From NCBI GenBank assembly GCA_035512515.1, contig DATKDY010000261.1, forward strand, positions 33,575 to 97,574: a DNA stretch of 64,000 nucleotides, written 5' to 3'. Position numbers and translations under genes: made by a program. The notes under the pieces are model-generated. The model searched no databases. It had not been told where the DNA came from and was given only the letters and a program-made list of their open reading frames with translations. Source of the stretch: Vicinamibacterales bacterium. GTDB lineage: Bacteria; Acidobacteriota; Vicinamibacteria; Vicinamibacterales; UBA2999. Positions 19,095-29,453 of this stretch are shown here, piece after piece. Position 1 is the first letter of the stretch; each line of letters starts with the position of its first letter.

Positions 19095-19165
19095 GACCTC
19101 TTTTCGTCCTACGCTGTGCGTGGTCGTGATATATTCCTTCGCTATAGAAGGACTTACGGCGGTTT

Positions 19166-21290
<2,125 letters not shown>

Positions 21291-21322
21291 TCACCGGGTC
21301 GACACTCCGCTGCGACGATAAC

Positions 21323-21422
21323 CACGATGGGTACGAAGTCCACGAAGGACACGAAGGTTTGGAATAAATTGTCCCCGCCCTTGGTGTCCATCGTGACCTT
21401 CGTGACCTTCGTGACCTTCGTG
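21323..21422. repeat. 9-mer tandem-repeat palindrome: 4 x CACGAAGGN-type units, 19-nt AT-rich loop, 5 x NCCTTCGTG-type units
   Basis: A direct read gives cacgatggg tacgaagtc cacgaagga cacgaaggt | ttggaataaattgtccccg | cccttggtg tccatcgtg accttcgtg x3. It lies inside the mreB-mreC spacer. Confidence 0.92.
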
Positions 21423-21433
21423 TTGGGGAACTG

Positions 21434-22423
21434 ATGGCATCTGTTCAACTCTCCCAGCGGCCGCTGCTCGTCTTCGCCGGCGCCGTCGTGCTTCACGTCA
21501 TCCTCATCTCGGCGCAAGTGAGTACGACCGCCGGCATCCCCTTCATTCAGGTCGTCACCTTCGGCGTGTTTTCCGAAGTGCAGCGCGGCACGATGACCAG
21601 CGTCGACAGCGTGCGCGGCGTCTGGACCGGTTACGTGGCGCTGCGCGACGTCCAGGAAGAAAACGAGGCGCTCAAGCGCGAGTTGCAGACGCTGCAAGTG
21701 CGCCTTCAGGAAGAACGCGCCCAGGCCCAGCGCGCGGAGAATTTCCGGCAGCTCCTCGAATTGCGGGAGCGCGCGGGTGTCGACACCCTGGCCGCGGAGA
21801 TCATCGCCGGGCCGGCGGATCTCGAATTTCGCGATATGACCATCGACAAGGGCAGCGTCGACGGGATTGCACGCGACATGGCGGTGGTCTCTCCGGCCGG
21901 CGTCGTCGGCCGCGTGACGCTGACGAGCCCGCGAGCCGCACGCGTGCAGATGTTGATCGACCGCAATGCCGCTGCGGGAGCGATGATCGAGCGCACGCGC
22001 GCCCAGGGCCTGGTCAGGGGTAAAGGAACGACGCTCAGCATGGACTATGTGCCGGGCACGGCCGACGTGAGGCAGGGGGACCTGGTCGTCACCTCCGGGA
22101 TCGACAAGATTTATCCGAAAGGATTCGTGATCGGGACGGTCGAGGCGATCGAACGGGGCCGGGGGACGTTCCACGAGATCGTGGTGCAACCGTCAGTCGA
22201 CTTCTCGCGGCTGGAAGAGGTCCTGGTCGTCACGACGCCCCCACCAGCAATTACGGCGGAGCAGATCGCCAGGGAAGCCGAGGCGATCGCCGCCGAGCAG
22301 CGGCAACCCCAGAAGAACCAGTCCCCGGCGCCTCAGACCCCACCGTCGGACGCCGCGCCCCCGGCCCGCGCGCCCGCCAACACCACCCCGCGGCGGGTGA
22401 GCCCTGGGGAGCCAGGCGCGTGA
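21434..22423 (+). CDS. mreC: rod shape-determining protein MreC
   Basis: It has an N-terminal anchor, a coiled coil (ENEALKRELQTLQVRLQEE), beta domains (VVSPAGVVGRV.., GDLVVTSGIDKIYPKGFVIG) and a Pro-rich tail. Confidence 0.9.
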   Translation: MASVQLSQRPLLVFAGAVVLHVILISAQVSTTAGIPFIQVVTFGVFSEVQRGTMTSVDSVRGVWTGYVALRDVQEENEALKRELQTLQVRLQEERAQAQRAENFRQLLELRERAGVDTLAAEIIAGPADLEFRDMTIDKGSVDGIARDMAVVSPAGVVGRVTLTSPRAARVQMLIDRNAAAGAMIERTRAQGLVRGKGTTLSMDYVPGTADVRQGDLVVTSGIDKIYPKGFVIGTVEAIERGRGTFHEIVVQPSVDFSRLEEVLVVTTPPPAITAEQIAREAEAIAAEQRQPQKNQSPAPQTPPSDAAPPARAPANTTPRRVSPGEPGA

Positions 22424-22926
22424 AGGTGGTGACGTCGCTGCTGGCCATTGCCGCCGCGCTGGCTTTGCAGACGACGCTGGCAAGTCTCGTGATTCGTGGG
22501 ACGGCCGCCCTCGATCTCGTGCTCATCGTCGTGGTGTATCTGGCGCTGATTTCGGGGCCGGTCACGGGGTTGCTGCTCGGCAGCGCCGCCGGCCTCGTCC
22601 AGGACGCGTTGTCGAGCGGCATCATCGGCATTGGCGGGCTGGCCAAGACCGTCGTGGGGTTTGTGGCCGGCGTCCTCGGGACGCAGTTCATCGTCACGGC
22701 GCCGCTGTCACGGTTTGTCGTGTTTCTGCTCGCGACCGTGCTGCATGCGGCGGTGTTCATGGGCCTGTATAGCCTGCTTGGCCTCCGACAGTTCGACAAC
22801 CCCTGGGGCGCGGTGCTCGGCCAGGCCGTCGGCAATGGTTTCCTCGGGGTCGTCGGAGCGCAACTCATCGAGCTGCTGCCCGGTCTGAGGGAGCGCCGCA
22901 AGGCCAAGCGAATGGTTCGGCATTGA
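22420..22926 (+). CDS. mreD: rod shape-determining protein MreD
   Basis: It is a polytopic 168-aa membrane protein. Its start overlaps the mreC stop (GTGA), and it sits in the canonical position. Confidence 0.8.
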   Translation: MKVVTSLLAIAAALALQTTLASLVIRGTAALDLVLIVVVYLALISGPVTGLLLGSAAGLVQDALSSGIIGIGGLAKTVVGFVAGVLGTQFIVTAPLSRFVVFLLATVLHAAVFMGLYSLLGLRQFDNPWGAVLGQAVGNGFLGVVGAQLIELLPGLRERRKAKRMVRH

Positions 22927-22947
22927 CGTAAACTGGTGATTACAGGG

Positions 22948-23093
22948 GGCTTTCGGCTCACAGCTTTCAGCGCTGGCAGGCGATAGCTGAACCCAGAAGG
23001 CTTCCGGCTCACAGTCTTCAGTGCTGACAGCCGATAGAGCTGATAGCCGATAGAGCTGATAGCGCTGATAGCTGATAGCTGATAGCAGAAAGC
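22948..23093. repeat. complex 7-mer array (GGCTNTC/AGCTNTC units, then GCTGATA units) containing a ~44-bp duplication
   Basis: A direct read shows 22948-22990 and 22999-23043 to be about 85% identical copies. The 3' end reads gctgatagcgctgatagctgatagctgatagcagaaagc. The outermost segments are about 21/25 complementary if one unit loops out. Confidence 0.9.
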
Positions 23094-23098
23094 TTACG

Positions 23099-25039
23099 AT
23101 GGCAGTTGCCGAAGACAAACGTCGGTTGAGCGTCCGGGTCACCGCCATCCAGACGCTGGTTCTCGTCGCCTTCGTCCTGCTCGCGGGCGGGTTCTGGTTC
23201 TTCCAGATCGCGCAGGGCGACAGATTCAAGGAGATGGCGGAGAACAACCACACGCGCACGCTGCCGCTGCGCGCGCCGCGCGGGATCATCGTCGATCGTC
23301 ATGGGCGCGTGGTCGTCGAGAACCGCAACTCATTCAACATTTCCATCCTTCGCGAGCACAGCAAGGATCTCGATCGTACGGTCCGTCTGCTGGCCGAGCT
23401 GACCGGTGTGCCCGAGTCACAGCTCCGCGATACGATCGCGCGCCATCGACACGAGCCCAGCTACCGTCCCATCGTCGTCATCAACGACGCCACGCTCGAT
23501 CAGACGGCAGCCGTCGAGGCGAGAAGCCTCGATCACGAGCTGCCAGACGTGGTCGTGCAGGGAGTACCCACGCGCAAATATCCGCCCGACGCGCTGGCGG
23601 CCCATCTCATCGGCTACGTGGGCGAAGCCAACGAAGTGCAGGTCAATGTCGGCGGCTATGCACTCGGTGCCATCGTCGGCCAGACCGGTGTCGAGAAAAG
23701 TTACAACGATGCGCTGATGGGTCGCGATGGCGCACGGGTCGTGGTCGTCAACAGCCTGGGCCGCGAGATCGAAGAACTCGACGAGCTCCTCATACCGCCG
23801 CTCGAGGGCCAGCGTGTGCAGTTGACCCTGAGCCTGGCGATGCAGAAAGCCGCGGAAGACGCCTTCCGCGCGATGGGGTTCTGGGGCTCGGCGATTGTGC
23901 TCGATCCACGCAACGGTGATGTGCTGACTCTGGTGAGCCTGCCATCGTACGACCCCAACGCGTTTGCCGCGGGTATCGACCGCGCCGCCTATCAGGCGCT
24001 CATCACCGACCAGTTGCGGCCGCTGCAGAACCGCGCCATTCAAGGACGCTATTCTCCAGGGTCCACGTTCAAGGTCCTGGTCGCGACCGCCGGACTGGAA
24101 GAAGGGCTCATCACACCGTCGTTTCGCGTGAACTGTCCCGGGGGCGGCAACTTTTACGGACGCTGGTTCCAGTGCCACTTGAAAACCGGCCACGGGAGCG
24201 TGGATCTGCGCGAGGCTCTCGCGAGGTCGTGCAACACCTACTTTTACACCCTGGGCAACATGCTCGGTGTCGATCGCATTCACAAGTGGGCGGTCAATCT
24301 CGGGTTGCACGGCAAGAGCGGCATCGATCTCCCGAACGAGCAGGACAGCCTGGTGCCGTCAAGCGAGTGGAAGAAACAGCGGACGGGCGAACGGTGGTAT
24401 CCGGGTGAGACGATCTCGGTTGCGATTGGGCAGGGCCAGAACGCGGTCACGCCCATGAGCCTGGCCGTCATGATGGCGTCGGTAGCCAACGGCGGGATCC
24501 GTCATATTCCGCGGCTCGTGAGGGCCGTGGACGACGGGGAGGGGTGGGATGAAGTGCCGCCGGCCCCCAATCCTCATCCGCCGGCGCTGCTGAAGCCCGA
24601 GACGGTGCAAGCGGTGCACGACGGATTGTGGATGGCGGTCAATGGCGCGGGCACCGCCTCGCGCGCGCGGATCGCCGGCCGCGACGTCGCGGGCAAGACC
24701 GGCACCGCACAGGTCATCTCGCTGCAGGGTCGTGAACGCGCACGGGGCAGCGGTCTCGACCATCGCGATCACGGCTGGTTCGTGTTCATGGCGCCGCGGG
24801 ACAATCCCGAGCTGGCCGGCGTCGTCTTCGGCGAGCACAGCGAAGGCGGTGGACGGACGGCGCCCATCGCCAGGCACATCATCGAAACCTATTACGCCGA
24901 GAAAGAAGGCCGCCCCCTCCCGGTGTTCCAGAACCCCTTTGCCCCGCTGCCAGCTCCATCCCCTAGCGCGGTGGCCACGGCGGCGAGCGCAAGCGAGGCG
25001 CCCAGGCCGGCTGGGGGCGTTGGCGCAGTGCGCCGCTGA
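23099..25039 (+). CDS. mrdA: penicillin-binding protein 2 (elongasome transpeptidase)
   Basis: It has the PBP dimerisation region, then the transpeptidase motifs STFK (PGSTFKV), a SxN region and KTGTAQ. Confidence 0.9.
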   Translation: MAVAEDKRRLSVRVTAIQTLVLVAFVLLAGGFWFFQIAQGDRFKEMAENNHTRTLPLRAPRGIIVDRHGRVVVENRNSFNISILREHSKDLDRTVRLLAELTGVPESQLRDTIARHRHEPSYRPIVVINDATLDQTAAVEARSLDHELPDVVVQGVPTRKYPPDALAAHLIGYVGEANEVQVNVGGYALGAIVGQTGVEKSYNDALMGRDGARVVVVNSLGREIEELDELLIPPLEGQRVQLTLSLAMQKAAEDAFRAMGFWGSAIVLDPRNGDVLTLVSLPSYDPNAFAAGIDRAAYQALITDQLRPLQNRAIQGRYSPGSTFKVLVATAGLEEGLITPSFRVNCPGGGNFYGRWFQCHLKTGHGSVDLREALARSCNTYFYTLGNMLGVDRIHKWAVNLGLHGKSGIDLPNEQDSLVPSSEWKKQRTGERWYPGETISVAIGQGQNAVTPMSLAVMMASVANGGIRHIPRLVRAVDDGEGWDEVPPAPNPHPPALLKPETVQAVHDGLWMAVNGAGTASRARIAGRDVAGKTGTAQVISLQGRERARGSGLDHRDHGWFVFMAPRDNPELAGVVFGEHSEGGGRTAPIARHIIETYYAEKEGRPLPVFQNPFAPLPAPSPSAVATAASASEAPRPAGGVGAVRR

Positions 25040-26130
25040 TGTCCATGCTCGAGCGGCGTCTCTACTTCCACTTCGACTGGGCGCTGATCGCGGCGATCGC
25101 GGCGCTCTGTGCGATCGGGCTCGCCATGATATTCAGCACGACCGGCGGCGCGACGCGTCTCTACTGGACGCAGATCTACGCCATCGTGATTGGGCTGATG
25201 ATCATGGTCGCGGCAGTCGCGATCGACTATCGATCGCTGGCTGACAAGTCGCATCTGCTGTACATCGGCTTCATCCTCGCTCTCGTCGCCGTGATGCTGG
25301 TCGGATCGCGGCAGATGGGCGCGCAGCGCTGGCTCAACCTCGGCTTCTTCAATCTGCAGCCCTCGGAATTCGGAAAGGCTGTGCTGGCATTGGTGCTCGC
25401 GAAGATGCTCGGCGAAAGCCGGCGGCCGGCGCTCACCAACAACGAGTTGTTTCTCGCCTGCGTCTTGACCGCCATTCCGTTGCTGCTCATTGCCAGACAG
25501 CCGGACCTCGGCACCGCGGTGACGCTGCTGCCGGTATTGCTCGTCGTGACGTTTGCGGCTGGACTGCCGCTGAAATATCTCGGTGCGATCGCGGTCATCG
25601 GCGTGCTGTCCGCGCCGGTGGCCTGGCAGTTCGCGCTCGAGGATTACCAGAAGGAACGAATTGAAACGTTCCTCGATCCGGCGCAGGATCCGCGCGGGGC
25701 GGGTTACCAGCAGATTCAGGCACGCATCACGGTCGGGTCGGGCGGACTGTGGGGCAAAGGGTTTCGCGAAGGCACGCAGGGCCAGTTGCGGTTTCTCCCG
25801 GTGGCGCACAACGACTTCATTTTCTCGGTGCTTGCCGAGGAGCAGGGATTTGTCGGCGTCATCGCCGTCCTCGGCTTGTACTTGTTCGTGATCGTGCGGT
25901 CTCTCGAGGCGGCCAAGCTGGCCAAGGATCGCCTCGGCGCGTACTTGGTTCTGGGCGTGCTCGCGACCTTCACGTTCCAGGTTATCTACAACATCACCAT
26001 GTCGGCTGGCCTCGCGCCGGTCAAGGGATTGACGCTGCCGCTCATGAGCTATGGCGGGTCGTCCATGATCGCGACGCTGGCCGGCTTCGGCCTCATTCTG
26101 AACGTCAGGATGCGGCGGTTCACAAACTAG
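25039..26130 (+). CDS. rodA: SEDS glycosyltransferase RodA
   Basis: It belongs to the FtsW/RodA/SpoVE family: QPSEFGK, RQPDLGTA, HNDFIFSVLAEEQGF, LPLMSYGGSS. Its ATG overlaps the mrdA stop. Confidence 0.9.
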   Translation: MSMLERRLYFHFDWALIAAIAALCAIGLAMIFSTTGGATRLYWTQIYAIVIGLMIMVAAVAIDYRSLADKSHLLYIGFILALVAVMLVGSRQMGAQRWLNLGFFNLQPSEFGKAVLALVLAKMLGESRRPALTNNELFLACVLTAIPLLLIARQPDLGTAVTLLPVLLVVTFAAGLPLKYLGAIAVIGVLSAPVAWQFALEDYQKERIETFLDPAQDPRGAGYQQIQARITVGSGGLWGKGFREGTQGQLRFLPVAHNDFIFSVLAEEQGFVGVIAVLGLYLFVIVRSLEAAKLAKDRLGAYLVLGVLATFTFQVIYNITMSAGLAPVKGLTLPLMSYGGSSMIATLAGFGLILNVRMRRFTN

Positions 26131-26209
26131 GGCAGGTCGGGCGGGTAGGGCTGGTGGGCCGGGTCCTGCCCGCCCAGCCCCACCAGCCGCACCAGCCCCA
26201 CCAGGCCCA
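26130..26209. repeat. 9-mer array: 4 x GGGCNGGTN followed by 5 x CCAGCCCCA-type units, all in 9-nt phase
   Basis: A direct read gives gggcaggtc gggcgggta gggctggtg ggccgggt | cctgcccgc ccagcccca ccagccgca ccagcccca ccaggccca. It starts on the G of the rodA TAG and ends 4 nt before the rng ATG. Confidence 0.92.
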
Positions 26210-26213
26210 GACC

Positions 26214-27797
26214 ATGAACAAAGAAATGATCATTGCCTCGAATGGCCACGAAACCCGTGTGGCGATCCTCGAGGACGATCTCGTCGCCGAGATCTTCGTC
26301 GAGCGCGAGCGCAATCGTGGAGTGGCAGGCAACGTTTACAAGGGACGCGTGTCGAAAGTCCTGCCCGGCATGCAGTCGTCCTTCGTGGACATCGGGCTCG
26401 AGCGCGACGGGTTCTTGTATGTCTCCGACGTCGTCAGCCCCGCCGATCTTTTCGACGATGACGAAGAGGAGGACGACGGCCCGGACCAGGCCCGGGAGAA
26501 AGCGAAGCGCGCGGGCCGTGGCCGCGGCGATCAAGCGCGCGGGGCGGCGCAAATCAGGAGTGAACGCGTGGAAGGGCGGATCGAAGATCTGCTGAAGGAG
26601 GGCCAGGAGATTCTGGTCCAGGTGGCCAAGGAGCCGCTCGGCACCAAAGGCGCCCGTCTGACGTCACATGTGACCCTGCCCGGCCGATTCCTGGTCTTCA
26701 TGCCGACCGTCGATCACATCGGGGTCTCGCGCAAGATCGCAAGCCGCGAAGAACGCGGACGGCTGCGCGGCATCGTGCGCGAATTCCGGGAGCAGCATTC
26801 GTTCAGCGGCGGCGTCATCATCCGCACGGCGGCCGAGGAGCGCTCCAAGGAGGACATCCTGGCCGACCTCCAGTACTTCTATCGCATCTGGACCGACATG
26901 CGGCAGAAGATGGAGTCGCATCGCGCACCGGCTGTCGTTTACCAGGAGCCAAGCCTCGTGGCCAAGCTGCTCCGCGACCTGCTGACGGACGATTACACCG
27001 CCATCCGGATCGATCATCGGGAAGAACACCAGCGCGTCGTCGAGTTCATCGAGCGCATCATGCCGGCCCTGGCCAGCAAGGTGAGGCTCTACGACAAGGA
27101 TTTCCCGATCTTCGAGGAATACGGCGTTCAGGCCGAGCTCGAGAAGGCGCTGCGCAGCAAGGTGTGGCTCAAGTCCGGCGGCTCGATCGTGATCAACCAG
27201 ACCGAAGCGCTGGTCGCCGTCGACGTCAACACCGGCCGTTACGTGGGGAAAAAGACGGCCGGTCGGCTCGAGGACACAATTCTCAAAACCAACCTCGAAG
27301 CGGTCAAGGAGATCGTTCGCCAGATCCGGCTCCGCGACCTCGGCGGCATCATCGTCCTCGACTTCATCGACATGGAGGAGAAGAAAAACCGCCAGAAGGT
27401 GTTCCAGACCGTGGAGCAGGAACTGCGCAAGGATCGCGCGCCGTCCAAACCGCTTCAGGTACAGGACTTCGGCCTCGTGATCATCACGCGCAAGCGAGTG
27501 AAACAGAGCCTCGAACGGGTGTTGACCGAACCGTGTCCCTACTGCGCCGGCGGCGGCACCATCAAGTCGAGCTCGACGATTTGCTATGAGATTCTTTCAG
27601 AGGTGAAGAAGGTCGGCGGCGACATGGATGGCCCTGGCGTGCTGCTGCGCGTGAACCCGGACATCGCTCGCGCGCTCAAGGAAGAGGAGCGGAACGTCGT
27701 CAAGGACCTCAGGCATTTGCTGGGCAAGGACGTCATCGTCAAGCCCGACGTGCACCTGCATCACGAGCAGTTCGACGTGATGTCGATCGGCGGCTGA
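26214..27797 (+). CDS. rng: ribonuclease G / RNase E-G family endoribonuclease
   Basis: The product begins MNKEMIIASNGHETRVAILEDD.. and has an S1 domain (GNVYKGRVSKVLPGMQSSFVDIG). It also contains LGTKGARLT, EALVAVDVNTG, LRDLGGIIVLDFIDM and CPYCAGGG. Confidence 0.9.
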   Translation: MNKEMIIASNGHETRVAILEDDLVAEIFVERERNRGVAGNVYKGRVSKVLPGMQSSFVDIGLERDGFLYVSDVVSPADLFDDDEEEDDGPDQAREKAKRAGRGRGDQARGAAQIRSERVEGRIEDLLKEGQEILVQVAKEPLGTKGARLTSHVTLPGRFLVFMPTVDHIGVSRKIASREERGRLRGIVREFREQHSFSGGVIIRTAAEERSKEDILADLQYFYRIWTDMRQKMESHRAPAVVYQEPSLVAKLLRDLLTDDYTAIRIDHREEHQRVVEFIERIMPALASKVRLYDKDFPIFEEYGVQAELEKALRSKVWLKSGGSIVINQTEALVAVDVNTGRYVGKKTAGRLEDTILKTNLEAVKEIVRQIRLRDLGGIIVLDFIDMEEKKNRQKVFQTVEQELRKDRAPSKPLQVQDFGLVIITRKRVKQSLERVLTEPCPYCAGGGTIKSSSTICYEILSEVKKVGGDMDGPGVLLRVNPDIARALKEEERNVVKDLRHLLGKDVIVKPDVHLHHEQFDVMSIGG

Positions 27798-28007
27798 TGG
27801 CGCGGATTACGACGGGATTACGCAGATGAATGGTATCCGCAGATTGCGCAGATTACGCAGATTCTCGCTTTTCATGTTGGCAGATGTCCTCACGGCGTGC
27901 GGAGTCGGACGGTTCCAGAACGGATCCGATGGTAAGTAATCTGCGCAATCTGCGGAATCTGCGCATACCATTTCATCTGCGTAATCCCGTCGTAATCCGC
28001 GTCATCA
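27795..28007. repeat. long inverted repeat: ~62-nt arms (~90% complementary) built from 9-mers (GCAGATTNC, GGATTACGN), 73-nt loop
   Basis: The left arm is 27802-27863 and the right arm is 27937-28000. The palindrome extends outward to include the rng TGA (27795-97) and the stop of the convergent gene (28005-07). Confidence 0.93.
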
Positions 28008-28778
28008 ACGCTTCGCGAACGTCAAGGAAAAGCCAATCAGGTTCTGACTCGGATCGAGCCCGAGCGGGACGTTTCGCACGCCGTGCACGGTAGCGCGTGC
28101 GACGTTGATGTGCAGGTTGGCTTCGCGCTTGACCCAGGGAAACGCAAAACTGGTCAGACGATAGCCAATGCCAAACACGGTCGCCGGCTTCCATTCGTAG
28201 CCGCCGCTGCCGTCGGCAAGCGCCATCAACCCGACTCCTACCGCCGGCAGCGTGACGCGGCCGACCTCGACGATGCCGACCTGCATGCCGGCCACGAGAT
28301 AGACCTTCGGCGCGGGCAGTTGTGCAGGGACCCATCCTCCCGACAGGTGAACGCGCTGCAGGAATGAGCTTTTCGGTACGACGTCGGTCTGTGGCTGTCC
28401 GCTGGCATGCCGGCCGCTCAACAGGAACGGGCTCACATCCCGCCATCGCGAGAGGATGCTGCATGCCCGGGCAAGCGCGCCCTCCGCCCCGATCACCGAC
28501 TGGCAGTCGGCCCACAGCCACGCGGGCGGCTCGGGTCGCAACGGTCTCTTTTTGACGATGCCCCCCGCCGAGTTATAGGCGACTCTGTTGCCCCATTTCA
28601 TCGCCCACGCTTCCCAGCTCGCGTACTCATCGAGCCAGCTCAGGAGTTCCTGGTAACGAAGGTCCAGTAGCGGCTGCGGGGGTGACGCTTGCGCGAGGCA
28701 CACCGACGGCGCGAACAGCAGAAGAACGAGGAGGATTGCCGGAGCAACTTGGCGCTGCACGTTCCTGGCCGCAAACAA
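28005..28778 (-). CDS. hypothetical secreted protein (possible beta-barrel C-terminal part)
   Basis: The signal peptide is MFAARNVQRQVAPAILLVLLLFAPSVCLAQA. The C-terminal half has alternating hydrophobic residues and ends ..IGFSLTFAKR. Confidence 0.55.
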   Translation of the reverse strand: MFAARNVQRQVAPAILLVLLLFAPSVCLAQASPPQPLLDLRYQELLSWLDEYASWEAWAMKWGNRVAYNSAGGIVKKRPLRPEPPAWLWADCQSVIGAEGALARACSILSRWRDVSPFLLSGRHASGQPQTDVVPKSSFLQRVHLSGGWVPAQLPAPKVYLVAGMQVGIVEVGRVTLPAVGVGLMALADGSGGYEWKPATVFGIGYRLTSFAFPWVKREANLHINVARATVHGVRNVPLGLDPSQNLIGFSLTFAKR

Positions 28779-28856
28779 TGCCTGAAAGCCGCGCCGCTTT
28801 CAAGCAGTTTCCGGCCAGGCCCGGGGTCCGTGCGAAAACGCGATCGGTCAGGGTCC

Positions 28857-29324
28857 TTAGCCCTGCGGGGGCAGGTGGAGCAGGTAATTGTGTCCGTTGC
28901 GCGCAATCCAGATACGGAGGAACTCGCCGCCCTTGAGCATTTCGACGCGCGAGCCCGTCCGGCCCACCCGGCCGGGCATGTCAGGCCCAGGCATCGTGTC
29001 CTTCACTTCATCAGCCGGGACGATACTGGCAATTTCGCGTCCACGCACCTGACCGCCCTGGACGAACTCGACCCAGCGATTGAGGTCAGTCTGCTGGCCG
29101 GGGACTGGGGTCGCCGCCTCGCCAGTGAGCCGAACGGTATAGCGACCGGCGGGCAGGGGCTTGCCGTCGGCCAGAACGGCGCGCGGGATGGTAATGGTGC
29201 CGAGTCCGGTTGGACCCGCCGGCACCGGCGCGCTCGTTTGTCGGGTCTCGGTTGCCATCGGCGCTGCCATGTTGGTCATGAACAGCACACCCGCCACGGC
29301 TCCGACGAGCCACATCTGCGTCAT
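28857..29324 (-). CDS. hypothetical small secreted protein
   Basis: This 155-aa ORF has an N-terminal hydrophobic segment MTQMWLVGAVAGVLFMTNMAAPMA. I recognise no family. Confidence 0.5.
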   Translation of the reverse strand: MTQMWLVGAVAGVLFMTNMAAPMATETRQTSAPVPAGPTGLGTITIPRAVLADGKPLPAGRYTVRLTGEAATPVPGQQTDLNRWVEFVQGGQVRGREIASIVPADEVKDTMPGPDMPGRVGRTGSRVEMLKGGEFLRIWIARNGHNYLLHLPPQG

Positions 29325-29453
29325 CCCAGTCCTCCCTGCGTGAACGTCTGTGTCGATTATAGCTGGATACGGGGTGCGGAAAGCGCGAACCGGATGGTAG
29401 CGCTACCAGCTCATGTTGAGGCGTGCGTGCCGGGCGGCTCAGCCCTTCTATCG

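Noticed and set aside
27802-28000. MITE / mobile element call for the 62-nt-arm palindrome
   Set aside because: I see no target-site duplication, no second copy in the window and no transposase. The arms are made of the same kind of phased 9-mers as the other gene-end arrays. I kept it as a repeat and flagged the MITE alternative for testing.
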